Assembly (NCBI GenBank): GCA_963834385.1
Contig: CAWIBO010000002.1
Coordinates: 704,001 to 768,000 of the forward strand
From: an uncultured Verrucomicrobiae bacterium
Lineage (GTDB): Bacteria; Verrucomicrobiota; Verrucomicrobiia; Chthoniobacterales; UBA10450
Direction of reading: 5' to 3'
DNA: 64,000 nt
Part shown: piece after piece, positions 48,935 to 58,500 of the stretch
Numbering within the stretch: the stretch's first letter is position 1
Layout of the letters: each line of letters starts with the position of its first letter
Notes under the pieces: model-generated
Told to the model about the DNA's origin: nothing
Database searches by the model: none
What the model saw: only the letters and a program-made list of their open reading frames with translations
Made by a program: the position numbers and the translations under genes

Positions 48935-50008
48935 ATGGTGGCACTGAGGGACGACGCCCTGGCCGAAAAGGTCCTTGCCGGCGCGCGCATTGACGGCGCC
49001 GAGGCGCTGGCGCTTTACCAGCGACCGCTCGCGGAAATCGGCGCCCTGGCCGACGCCCGCCGTCGCCTCGCCAAGGGCGATGACGCGGTCGTGACCTACA
49101 TCATCGATCGCAACATCAACTACACCAACGTTTGCAATGTTTACTGCAAGTTCTGCGCGTTTTACCGGACGCAGAAGGATGCCGATCATTACGTCCTCAG
49201 CTTCGAGGAGATCGACCAAAAACTGGCGGAACTTTCCGCCGCCGGCGGCGTGCAGATCCTGATGCAGGGCGGGCACCATCCCGATCTCCCCTTCTCCTGG
49301 TACATCGATCTGCTCCAGCACATCCGGCGGAATTTTCCCGGGATCAATATCCATGGGTTTAGCCCGCCCGAGTTTCAGCATTTCGCCGGGGTTTTTCAGA
49401 TGCCGTTGCGGGAGGTGATCGCGCGATTCCAGGAAGCGGGGCTTGGTTCCATCCCCGGCGGCGGGGGCGAGATTTTGGTGGACCGGGTGCGCCAGCGCAT
49501 TGCCCCGCTCAAGTGCGGGACTGACCAATGGCTCGAGGTCATGCAGGTGGCGCACGAACTGGGATTGAAATCGAGCGCCACCATGATGTTTGGTCACGTC
49601 GAAACGGTGGAGGACCGCATCGAACATCTGCAGCGCCTGCGCGACCAGCAGGATCGCAGCGGCGGTTTCACCGCTTTCATTTGCTGGACCTTTCAGCCGG
49701 AGAACACCGTTCTCCGGGTGGCCCAGAAGACCGGCTCGGCCGAGTATCTCCGAATGCAGGCGCTCGCCCGCATTTTTCTGGATAACATCGAGAACATCCA
49801 GAGCTCATGGGTCACGCAGGGCCCGGAACTCGGGCAGGTCGCGCTCAAGTTCGGCGCCAACGACTTCGGTTCCGTCATGATGGAGGAGAACGTGGTCAGC
49901 AGTGCTGGGACCTCGTTTCGCCTGCGGGCCGACCAGATTGAGGCCCTCATCCGGGAGGCCGGGTATGCCCCGCACCGGCGCAATAATTGGTATCAACTCT
50001 TGAATTAG
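48935..50008 (+). CDS. mqnC: Cyclic dehypoxanthine futalosine synthase
   Basis: TYIIDRNINYTNVCNVYCKFCAF, LMQGGHHP, PGGGGEIL, NIQSSWVTQG, GANDFGSVMMEENVV. Confidence 0.92.
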   Translation: MVALRDDALAEKVLAGARIDGAEALALYQRPLAEIGALADARRRLAKGDDAVVTYIIDRNINYTNVCNVYCKFCAFYRTQKDADHYVLSFEEIDQKLAELSAAGGVQILMQGGHHPDLPFSWYIDLLQHIRRNFPGINIHGFSPPEFQHFAGVFQMPLREVIARFQEAGLGSIPGGGGEILVDRVRQRIAPLKCGTDQWLEVMQVAHELGLKSSATMMFGHVETVEDRIEHLQRLRDQQDRSGGFTAFICWTFQPENTVLRVAQKTGSAEYLRMQALARIFLDNIENIQSSWVTQGPELGQVALKFGANDFGSVMMEENVVSSAGTSFRLRADQIEALIREAGYAPHRRNNWYQLLN

Positions 50009-50129
50009 GGCCGGGAATGGGGTTTCCTCCCGCCGCACCGCTTGAAATAGCTCCTTGACGACGCACCCTCCCTTCCTCATCTAATACGCCTTGCTGTGGC
50101 CATTTCGTCGGGCCGCGCCCATTTTTTGT

Positions 50130-52436
50130 ATGAATAACAGTCTCCATCGCCGTCTCGTCGTCTCCACCCTGGCCCTGCTCGCACTCCTGGCGCCGGACGG
50201 CACACCGCTCCAGGCCCAGTCCGGCCCGCCGGTCACCTCGATCGAGGTGCAGTATGCCGGGCCGCAGACCCTGAGCCGGGGCCGCATTCTTTCCCAGATG
50301 CGCACCAAGGTGGGCGAACCCTATTCGCAGACGGTGGTTGAACAGGATATCCGCACTCTTTACGCCAGCGGTCAGGTGCAGAACGTCCGCATCTTCGGCC
50401 AGCAGGATGGCGCCGGCATCAAGGTCCTCGTGGTCGTGCAAAGCCGGTCGGTCATCAACGAAATCGAGATCGCCGGCGCCGAGGACGTCAAGCCGAGCAA
50501 GATCCGGCGCGCCATGAAAGCGGTGAAAACCGGCGCCCCGCTCAAGGAGGATGCCCTCGAGGAGGGTCGCCAGGCCATTATCGATCTCTATCGCCGCATC
50601 GGTTACAACGACGCCACCGTCAGTTACGAGCTTCAGACCGACCAGACCAAGGGCACCACCCGGGCCGTCTACACCATCGACGAGGGGGGCAAAGGCGTGG
50701 TCAGCCGCATCCATTTCGAGGGGAACGACAACTTCAGCGACTTTTCGCTCCGGCGAAAGATGAAGACCAAGAGCAAGACGCTCATCTCCTTCCTCGACAA
50801 ATCCGGCCGGCTCGACCAGACCCAGCTCCAGACGGATCTCGATGCCGTGCGCGAGTTCTACCAGGAAAACGGCTACATCGACGTCGAGATCAAGGATGTC
50901 CGCCGCGAGAAACGCAACGGCAAGATGACCCTCGTGGTCGTGGTGAACGAAGGCATCCAGTACAAGGTCGGCCAGGTCCGTTTCACCGGCTACAAGGTGA
51001 GCGATGACAAACGGCTCCGCGCGGTGCTGAAAATGAAGGAAGGCGATACCTACTCGCCCAAGGGCCTGCGCGAGGATGGCAAACGGCTCGCCGAAGGCTA
51101 CGGCATGGGCGGTTATGTCGATCTCGAGATCGTCCCCCAGTCGGTCGCTTCCGCCCCCGGCCAGATCGATGTCACCTATAACATCCAGGAAGGCGAACGC
51201 GCCTTTGTCGATCGCATCAACATCGTCGGCAACACCCGGACCAAGGACAAGGTCATCCGCCGTGAAATCCTCATCACCCCCGGCGATGTCTATAACACCG
51301 TCCGGGTCGACGTCAGCCAGAAGCGCCTCGAGAACCTTGGCTATTTCTCCAAGGTCGACATGTTCCCGGCCGAGACCGGGGTGCCCGGACGCCGCGAACT
51401 GACCGTGCAGGTGGAGGAAAAACGGACCGGCTCGCTCAACTTCGGCGCCGGCTTCAGCACGATCGACAGCATTGTCGGTTTCGTCGAGCTGTCGCAGGGC
51501 AACTTCGACGTCATGAACTGGCCCAATTTCACCGGCGCGGGCCAGAAGTTCCGCATGCGCATCCAGGCCGGCACGGAACGGCGTGATTTCATTGTCTCCC
51601 TGACGGAGCCCTATTTCCTCGACCAGCGCCTTTCGCTCGGGGGCGAAGCCTTCTTCCGTGAAGCCACCTTCCTCAGCTCCGTCTACGATCAGCGGACCTA
51701 TGGCGGTTCCCTCACCGCGCGCAAGAGTCTCTCCACCTTCACGGCGCTCAGCACCACTTACAGCATCGAGAATCTCGAGATCTACAATGTCAGCGTGACC
51801 GCGACCGACCTGATCCAGCGGGAAAAGGGCTCCCGCGTGAAGAGCAACATCGCGAGCACCTTCATCTTCGACACTCGTGATAATCCGTTCCTGACCCACC
51901 GCGGCCAGCGCATCACCGTCACGCCTTTCATCGCCGGCGGTTTCCTCGGCGGCGATACCCAGATCCTGGGCGGAAACATCGAGGCCTCACAATACTTCAG
52001 CCTCCCCTTTGATCTTATCTTCCTCATCAACGCCGAGGTCGCCACGGTCGATACCTGGGGCGACGGCGACCGCGTGCCGATCTTCGACCGCCTTTTCCTT
52101 GGCGGCTCCAACAACCTCCGCGGCTTTGAATTCCGCGACGTCGGTCCGAAGGACCGCAAGGGTGAACCGCTGGGCGGCAAGACCCTGGCCCGCACCACGG
52201 TGGAGTTGACCGCCCCGGTCATTAACAAGATCCGCGCCGCCGTCTTTTACGATGCCGGCTTCGTCAACGTCAACGCCCTCGACTTCAACCCGGACGACTA
52301 TGCCTCCGACGTCGGCATCGGTCTCCGGCTTGACCTCCCCATCGGGCCAATCCGGATCGACTACGGCATTCCCCTCGAGGCGGCCGGGAACGACACCTCC
52401 GGTAAATTTAACTTCAACGTCGGCTACCAATTTTGA
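50130..52436 (+). CDS. bamA: Outer membrane protein assembly factor BamA
   Basis: POTRA repeats, GNTRTKDKVIRRE, LRGF, terminal FNFNVGYQF. Confidence 0.95.
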   Translation: MNNSLHRRLVVSTLALLALLAPDGTPLQAQSGPPVTSIEVQYAGPQTLSRGRILSQMRTKVGEPYSQTVVEQDIRTLYASGQVQNVRIFGQQDGAGIKVLVVVQSRSVINEIEIAGAEDVKPSKIRRAMKAVKTGAPLKEDALEEGRQAIIDLYRRIGYNDATVSYELQTDQTKGTTRAVYTIDEGGKGVVSRIHFEGNDNFSDFSLRRKMKTKSKTLISFLDKSGRLDQTQLQTDLDAVREFYQENGYIDVEIKDVRREKRNGKMTLVVVVNEGIQYKVGQVRFTGYKVSDDKRLRAVLKMKEGDTYSPKGLREDGKRLAEGYGMGGYVDLEIVPQSVASAPGQIDVTYNIQEGERAFVDRINIVGNTRTKDKVIRREILITPGDVYNTVRVDVSQKRLENLGYFSKVDMFPAETGVPGRRELTVQVEEKRTGSLNFGAGFSTIDSIVGFVELSQGNFDVMNWPNFTGAGQKFRMRIQAGTERRDFIVSLTEPYFLDQRLSLGGEAFFREATFLSSVYDQRTYGGSLTARKSLSTFTALSTTYSIENLEIYNVSVTATDLIQREKGSRVKSNIASTFIFDTRDNPFLTHRGQRITVTPFIAGGFLGGDTQILGGNIEASQYFSLPFDLIFLINAEVATVDTWGDGDRVPIFDRLFLGGSNNLRGFEFRDVGPKDRKGEPLGGKTLARTTVELTAPVINKIRAAVFYDAGFVNVNALDFNPDDYASDVGIGLRLDLPIGPIRIDYGIPLEAAGNDTSGKFNFNVGYQF

Positions 52437-52491
52437 ACGAACCCCGGGGGTTGCGGTCTAATCGCTCTCCGACTACCTGTTTACCCTGTTT

Positions 52492-53124
52492 ATGAAAAAG
52501 CTCCTCTCCGTTATTGTCATCGCCCTGATTGCCCTGCCCTTTACCCTGCAGGCGCAGGCCCCGCTTAAAGTCGGGACGGTCGATATGAACCGCGCCTTCA
52601 AGGAATACACCAAGACCAAGGACGCCGAGACCAAGATCAACGAAGCCAAGAATTCCGCGAAAAAGGAGTACGATGAGCGCGCCGAGTCCTACAAAAAGGC
52701 TCTCGACGAGATCAACAAGCTGAACCAGCAGCTCGAGGCCCCGGCCCTCAGCGCCGACGCCAAGTCGCAGAAGGCCAAGGAGCGCGATGAGAAAATCGGC
52801 AGCATCAAGAACATGGAACGCGAGATCAACGAGTTCCGTCAGACCCGCGAGCGCCAGCTCCAGGAGCAGGCCCTCCGCATGCGCGAGGGCATCGTCAAGG
52901 AAATCACCGATGTCGTCATGGAGAAGGTCAAGGCCGGCAATCTCGACCTCGTCTTCGACAAGTCCGGCATGAGCCTCAATGGCGTCCCGCTCGTCATGTA
53001 TGCCCGCGATAACTACGATTTCACCAACGACGTCATCGCCGTCCTGAATAAGCCGGGCCGCGCGCCCGCCCCCGCCGCTGCGGCCCCCGCCCAGGCCGCG
53101 CCCGCCGCGACGCCGAAAAAGTAA
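52492..53124 (+). CDS. skp: OmpH/Skp periplasmic chaperone
   Basis: KVGTVDM, coiled coil, DLVFDKS..DFTNDVI; follows bamA. Confidence 0.92.
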   Translation: MKKLLSVIVIALIALPFTLQAQAPLKVGTVDMNRAFKEYTKTKDAETKINEAKNSAKKEYDERAESYKKALDEINKLNQQLEAPALSADAKSQKAKERDEKIGSIKNMEREINEFRQTRERQLQEQALRMREGIVKEITDVVMEKVKAGNLDLVFDKSGMSLNGVPLVMYARDNYDFTNDVIAVLNKPGRAPAPAAAAPAQAAPAATPKK

Positions 53125-53247
53125 CGAAACCTCTTCAAAAAAGGAGCACACGCGTTCCGCGTGTGCTCTTTTTTTTCCATGGGCAGGAAGCACAAACTCT
53201 TGAGGGAACACGCCGCCGGCACCGGGCAGCCCCGCGTCCACCCGGCC

Positions 53248-54036
53248 ATGCCCTGGCTCCTGCTTCTGCTCTTCGCCGCCGCCCCGGCTTTCGCCGCGGC
53301 CGACTGGGAGAACCGCGTTACCGCAAAAAAAGGTCCATTCCCCGCCCCGCCGTCCCTCTCCGCCCAGTATCGTTTCGGCTGGAGCGGCCTGACCGCCGCC
53401 ACGGCGGACCTGCAACTCCGGCGGACGGGGACAGACCGCCTCCAGCTCTCCGCGAAGGGCGGCACCGTCGGGCTCGCCCGCGCCCTTTGGCGCATGGACG
53501 CCACCTACGAGGCGGCAGTGGAACGCGACGCCCTCGCCCCGCTCACGATTCGCCAGGTGGAGAACCTCCGCGGCAAACGGCTCCTGACCGATCTTTCCTT
53601 TAATCGCGCCGGCGTGGTCAGCGCCCGGGTCGAAACCGTCAATGGAAAGGATTCCGCGAAAACGCGCACCTTCAGCTTCCCGGGAGCGCACGATCTCTTT
53701 TCCTCCCTGCTTTTCGTCCGCAGCCAGACCCTGGCCCCGGGCAGCACCACCCGCGTTGTGGTTTACCCCGCCACCTCCGCCTATCTCGCCACGGTCACAG
53801 TCGTCGGGCGCGAGCGTCTCCGCGTCCGGGCCGGCAGTTTCGACGCCATCAAGGTCGACCTCCAGCTCCAGAAGATAAACAAGAAGCGCGCCCTGGAGCC
53901 GCACAAAAAATTCAAACGCGCCACCGCCTGGATCTCGGACGATGCCAACCGCATGCTCCTGCGGGTGGAGGGCCAGATCTTCGTCGGCACCGTTTTCGCC
54001 GAGCTGCAGTCGTTCCAGACCAACCCCAAACGCTAG
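53248..54036 (+). CDS. DUF3108-like exported protein
   Basis: YRFGWSG..A, DLFS.LLFVR, GRE.L.V.AG.FDA, WISDD..R. Confidence 0.78.
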   Translation: MPWLLLLLFAAAPAFAAADWENRVTAKKGPFPAPPSLSAQYRFGWSGLTAATADLQLRRTGTDRLQLSAKGGTVGLARALWRMDATYEAAVERDALAPLTIRQVENLRGKRLLTDLSFNRAGVVSARVETVNGKDSAKTRTFSFPGAHDLFSSLLFVRSQTLAPGSTTRVVVYPATSAYLATVTVVGRERLRVRAGSFDAIKVDLQLQKINKKRALEPHKKFKRATAWISDDANRMLLRVEGQIFVGTVFAELQSFQTNPKR

Positions 54037-54046
54037 CTCCGGCTTT

Positions 54047-54784
54047 TTACCGGATCCATTCGCCGCGCAGGATCACCGGCGGACGGCGCGCCGGATAAAC
54101 CCGACGCGGCCCGCGGTAGTTCCCGCGCTGGTTCGGCAGCAACTGCAACGCCGCGAGCGTGTCCATGTCGATCCGGCCGGTCACCGCCAGCCCGGTCTCC
54201 GCCTGGAACGCCCGCAGGGCAAATTCGGTGTCCGGCCCAAAAACGCCGTCCACTCCGCTGCGGTAAAGCCGTTTCCGCATGAGCTGGAATTGCACGTCGG
54301 CCACCACCTGTTGCTGGAGCGGGGGCGGCGCCAGGTCGTAAGGCGTGTCCTGGAAAATCGCGCCGCCGCGCAGAGTCCGCCCGGGAGGCGGCCCGGCGAA
54401 ATCCTCCTCCTCCTGCTCAGGGAGCGGCCGAACCTGCCCGCGGGAGGGACCAACATCATTCCGGGGCGGCTCCGTGTCCTCCTCTTCCCCGGCCTCTTCT
54501 TCCTCCACCGGCCCGGAGGTGCCCGGCCCCGGCGACGGGGTGGCCCGCGCCGTCTTCAGCAATCGTTTTGTTTCCTCGTTCAATTCCCCGGTCACCTCGA
54601 GGCCGTTCCGAATCTGGAAGCGGCGCAGGGCAGCGCTCGTATCGGCATTCTTTTCCCCCGTCGCCTCCCCGTAGTAGAAGCCCTGCTCCTTCAGGCTCCT
54701 TTGCGCCGCCGCGAGGTCGGCGTCGGCCCACGCGCGCACGGCCAGGATGGAAAAAATGAACAGCGCCAGGGTGAACGTTTTCAT
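54047..54784 (-). CDS. Peptidoglycan-binding domain protein (two PG_binding_1 repeats)
   Basis: Q..LK..GFY.G...ALRRFQ..NGL.VTG; second VDGVFGPDT..ALRAFQ. Confidence 0.87.
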   Translation of the reverse strand: MKTFTLALFIFSILAVRAWADADLAAAQRSLKEQGFYYGEATGEKNADTSAALRRFQIRNGLEVTGELNEETKRLLKTARATPSPGPGTSGPVEEEEAGEEEDTEPPRNDVGPSRGQVRPLPEQEEEDFAGPPPGRTLRGGAIFQDTPYDLAPPPLQQQVVADVQFQLMRKRLYRSGVDGVFGPDTEFALRAFQAETGLAVTGRIDMDTLAALQLLPNQRGNYRGPRRVYPARRPPVILRGEWIR

Positions 54785-54817
54785 GGGATGTCCGGTTTGG
54801 ACGCCTTCATCACGTCC

Positions 54818-55624
54818 TTATTCAGGAAGGCGCGACATCGCCGCCATGGTGGCGCCGCCCTTGGGCAGGGCCTCCCGGTAACGCAGGATTCCCTCCGTGA
54901 TCGCAGCCGCCATTTGTTCCCGGTATTTTTCATCCTGCAATTGCTGCACCTCGGTTTTGTTGCTGATAAAGCCCCCTTCCACCAGCACCGCCGGATGGTG
55001 CACATTGCGGATCACATAAAACTGCTCGGTCTTGACGCCGCGATCGACCGCCTGTGTCCCGCGCACCAGCGCTTGCTGCACGAAAGCGGCCAGGCTCTGG
55101 CTCTGCGGGTTGCCCGACTCCAGCGACGCGGGCTGAAGAAACGGCAGCCAGCTCGCAAACAACGGCTGCTCCACGGCCTGGCGTTCCGCATAAAAGGTCT
55201 CAATCCCGGTCGCGGCCGGGCGCTTCCCGCCCTCGTTAAAGTGGATGCTGACAAAGATCGCCCGCTTTTCGCGGTTGGCCACGTGGGCCCGGGCGGCCAG
55301 GGAAATGAACGCGTCTTTCTCCCGCGTCTGCACCACGCGCACACCGTGATCACGCAAACGGCGGCCCACCCGTTGCGCCACGTCGAGGGTCAGTTCCTTT
55401 TCCATGACCTCCTCGATTTTCGCGCCGGTATCCTCGCCGCCGTGGCCGGCATCCAGGACCACGGTGCCGAACGGCTCGAGGGTGGTGGCCCGCGCGGCAG
55501 ATGCCGGCGAGGCCCAGCGATTCCGCTCCCACTCCAGCCAGACAAGCGAAAGAAGCATCAGCCCCAGCCCCGCCCACGGCGCCAGGGTATTCCACTGCCG
55601 GCGAAATGAACGTTCTGCAGCCAT
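54818..55624 (-). CDS. N-acetylmuramoyl-L-alanine amidase (Amidase_3)
   Basis: VVLDAGHGG, EK.LTL, FVSIHFN, PAVLVEGGFISN. Confidence 0.93.
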   Translation of the reverse strand: MAAERSFRRQWNTLAPWAGLGLMLLSLVWLEWERNRWASPASAARATTLEPFGTVVLDAGHGGEDTGAKIEEVMEKELTLDVAQRVGRRLRDHGVRVVQTREKDAFISLAARAHVANREKRAIFVSIHFNEGGKRPAATGIETFYAERQAVEQPLFASWLPFLQPASLESGNPQSQSLAAFVQQALVRGTQAVDRGVKTEQFYVIRNVHHPAVLVEGGFISNKTEVQQLQDEKYREQMAAAITEGILRYREALPKGGATMAAMSRLPE

Positions 55625-55636
55625 GACGGAAAAAAC

Positions 55637-56410
55637 CTACTCCGCCCGCGATCTTATCTCGCCTGGCTCCAGCGTTCGATAACAAATCGCCGCGGCCGCG
55701 TCTCTCTCCAGCACCGCCGCCTCGATCGCGATCCGTTTCCCTTCCTTCTGCCGAAAGGCCTTGATCTCCTCCGCGGTCGGCATCTCCCCGTCCGCTTCCA
55801 GCGGCATGCGGCCCACCGCGCAGGCCGTCCCGGCCAGTTCCAGTGCGGTCGCGAGGGTTCTTCGGCTGTTCCCCGTTTTGCCGGCCAGCCACTCGGCCAT
55901 CTTTTCCGCGGCCGCGGCGGTTCCCGCCAGCACGGCGTGATCCCGCGCCCCCCGGCTGGTCGACACCCCTGCCGGCGTGATCGAGCCGTCGTATTCCAGG
56001 GTGAGAAAGAGATCGTCGCCGGCCTCGCGCCCCAGCTCCGCAAAAAGCAGGCGGGCCAGGAAAGGCGCGCCGTAAATTTGCTCAAAGGCCGCCTTCAAAA
56101 CCGGGCTCAGTGAATAATACGCCAGCCGGCGCAACGACACGTCCGCCGCCGAGCGGGTGAACCCTTCGGTGCTGGCCAGCTCAATTGCCGTCAGCCGGAG
56201 CCGCTCCACATCGCCGGGGTGCCCGATCGCCCCCAGCGCAATCCGGTCATAAACCTCGAAAATTTTCTGCTGCGCGCCGCCCGCGGTAAAAAACAGGATG
56301 CCGCCGTCATAGCCCAGCGCGACGAGCGGATTGCCGCCGGCCAGTTGCGTCTCGATATACTCGCGCCGGTTCGCGACCGCCTCCACCCACCGGTACGGTT
56401 CTTCGATCAT
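55637..56410 (-). CDS. prcA: 20S proteasome alpha subunit
   Basis: KIFEVYDRIALGAIG, LTLEYDG, IEAAVLER; follows the beta subunit. Confidence 0.85.
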   Translation of the reverse strand: MIEEPYRWVEAVANRREYIETQLAGGNPLVALGYDGGILFFTAGGAQQKIFEVYDRIALGAIGHPGDVERLRLTAIELASTEGFTRSAADVSLRRLAYYSLSPVLKAAFEQIYGAPFLARLLFAELGREAGDDLFLTLEYDGSITPAGVSTSRGARDHAVLAGTAAAAEKMAEWLAGKTGNSRRTLATALELAGTACAVGRMPLEADGEMPTAEEIKAFRQKEGKRIAIEAAVLERDAAAAICYRTLEPGEIRSRAE

Positions 56411-57216
56411 GCCACGCTCCGCCGGTAGAGTTTGCTGATCTTCGCGTCGGACAGTCCGGTGATGCCTTCCTGCGAGACGATCTTGATCACCGGAAAGATT
56501 TTCCCGCTGCGATCGACCCCGCCGGTGGCGGTGTCTGATTCCGCCGCGGTATCCAGCGCCCGCAATGCGAGGGTGACGGCTTCCTCCTCGTTCAGTTTCC
56601 GCAGCGGTTTCCGGCCCCAGTTGTTTTCGAAATGCAGGATGCCGCGGACGGCGGGCGAGCCGGAGCCGGTCGCGGCATACTCCGTCACCTCGAACTGCGC
56701 CCCCATGGCATCGTAAAAATAAAGCCGCGCCGCGGGGTCGGACTTGGCGTCGTAAGTGGCGAAGATGGGGGCGACCACGCCGATCCCCTGGAGGACGAAT
56801 CCGAAATTGTCCCGGAGAAGCTTGGACAGCGCGCGCACCTTGCCGTCCACGCTCATTTCCTGGAGCTGAGTTCGCCGGAAAAACTGCAGGGAATGCTCGA
56901 GGACCCGCGCCATCTCCCAGGCCGTGGCCGGAACGCCGGCGATGGCCATGAGCGAATGACGATCGATCTCCAGCACCTTGTCCGCCCGGTCGTAGACCAC
57001 GGTGTTGCCGGCGGTGGCACGGCGGTCGCCCGCGACCAGCACGCCGCCGGCGAACTTGAAGGCGAGAATGGTGGTGGCCTGCGTTTGCGCGGCGGCCATT
57101 TCCGCCGCTGGTCCGTTCGGCCCCGGCCCGGTGGCGGCGGCCGGCAGCAGGCCCTGCCGACGCAGGAGACCGGCAAAATCGGAAGGCTCGGAGCCGGCCC
57201 GGAAAGGGATTTCCAT
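56407..57216 (-). CDS. prcB: 20S proteasome beta subunit with propeptide
   Basis: TQA|TTILAFKF..GVLVAGDRRAT.GN, ATGSGS, AA..D.ATGG. Confidence 0.9.
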   Translation of the reverse strand: MEIPFRAGSEPSDFAGLLRRQGLLPAAATGPGPNGPAAEMAAAQTQATTILAFKFAGGVLVAGDRRATAGNTVVYDRADKVLEIDRHSLMAIAGVPATAWEMARVLEHSLQFFRRTQLQEMSVDGKVRALSKLLRDNFGFVLQGIGVVAPIFATYDAKSDPAARLYFYDAMGAQFEVTEYAATGSGSPAVRGILHFENNWGRKPLRKLNEEEAVTLALRALDTAAESDTATGGVDRSGKIFPVIKIVSQEGITGLSDAKISKLYRRSVA

Positions 57217-57387
57217 CTACTGGCCCGTCCGCTGGCGATACCGCTTTGACTGGTTCGGATCGACCTTGCGCATCTTTTTCAGCAAATCCTTCGTGTCGGG
57301 CCGCGAGACCTCGGGCGACTTGGGTCCGCCCTCGTCGCCCGGTTTCGGGCCCCAGGGCACCACCGGCTTTTGCGTGCGCTCAGGCAT
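57217..57387 (-). CDS. ubact: Ubiquitin-like protein UBact (56 aa)
   Basis: ..PDTKDLLKKMRKVDPNQSKRYRQRTGQ*, directly upstream of prcB. Confidence 0.9.
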   Translation of the reverse strand: MPERTQKPVVPWGPKPGDEGGPKSPEVSRPDTKDLLKKMRKVDPNQSKRYRQRTGQ

Positions 57388-57483
57388 GGAAAAAAGGTTC
57401 GGGCGAAATTGCGGAAACGCAACCCGGCAGGGAGGCACGCCCGCATGCTTGCCTGCGCGGGCCGGGAATGCCAACATCCCGCC

Positions 57484-57949
57484 ATGAAACAGATCGGGGC
57501 GGTATTGGCGGCGGGAACCTTGACCTTTTTACTGGCCGCGGGAGGAGGAGCCCAGACACCGGCGACGGACTCCGAGGCGGCGAAGTTGGAGGCGCTCTCG
57601 CGGCGGGTGGACGAACTGCACCTGAAGATCGACGCGCTTTCGCAGCAACTCCTCAAGATGGAGCAGCAGCTTTCCAAACCGGGGGTGATGATCGGGGAGG
57701 ATATCTCCGCCGCCACCCCCGCCGCGGCGGCGACGGCGACGACCGCGGCCACGCCGACGCCCGGGCGGAACCGCCCACACGGTGGCGCGCGGCGAGACCC
57801 TCACTTCGATTGCCCGCACCTACAAGGTGGGCGTGGAAGATCTGCAGCGTCACAACCAGATCGAGGATGGCCGCAAACTGCAGGCCGGCCAGACCATCCA
57901 GATTCCGGGGCCGGCCACGGGCAGCCCGTCCCCTTCCCCGGCCGAGTAA
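57484..57949 (+). CDS. LysM-domain protein; frameshift near 57765
   Basis: Signal and coiled coil; shifted frame HTVARGETLTSIARTYKVGVEDLQRHN.I....LQAGQTIQIP. Confidence 0.82.
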
Positions 57950-58500
57950 TGGAGGCGCCGCAGGCCAGGCAATGGTTTCTGCGCAAGCACGAGGATGGCG
58001 GCATCTTCGGGCCGCTGACGTTTGCGCAACTCGAGCACTGGGCCTCCGCCGCCCAGATCGCGCCGCACGACCTGCTTTCCGCCGATCAGGAAGCCTGGAT
58101 CAAGGCCCCCATGCTGCCCGAGCTGCAGATGGACTGGCTCGTGGAGATCACGAGCGACCAGTACTATGGCCCGACCACCCTGGGCGCGATCGAGCATTTC
58201 CTTCGCCTCGGTGAGATCAACGGCGAAACCTGGATCATCAACTCCTGCGACGGCGCCCGCCAACAGATCAACGAATTGCCCGCGCTCTTCCGCAAGGAAC
58301 GGCGCGCTCCCGGCGAGAACGCCGGGGAGACAGACACCGGCCCGGAGGCGACCAGCATGTCGATCGATCTGCACGAGCGCATCAGCAGCCTCGAGCAGAC
58401 GCTGCGGGAAGAACGGCGCGCCCTTGTCCAGGTGGAGGAGCGTTACCGCGATCTCCTCGAGCGCTACGAGGAACTTCTCGCCCAGACCACCGGCCGCTAG
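57949..58500 (+). CDS. Hypothetical protein with two GYF_2-like repeats and a coiled coil
   Basis: WFL...IFGP and WLV...YYGP repeats. Confidence 0.7.
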   Translation: MEAPQARQWFLRKHEDGGIFGPLTFAQLEHWASAAQIAPHDLLSADQEAWIKAPMLPELQMDWLVEITSDQYYGPTTLGAIEHFLRLGEINGETWIINSCDGARQQINELPALFRKERRAPGENAGETDTGPEATSMSIDLHERISSLEQTLREERRALVQVEERYRDLLERYEELLAQTTGR

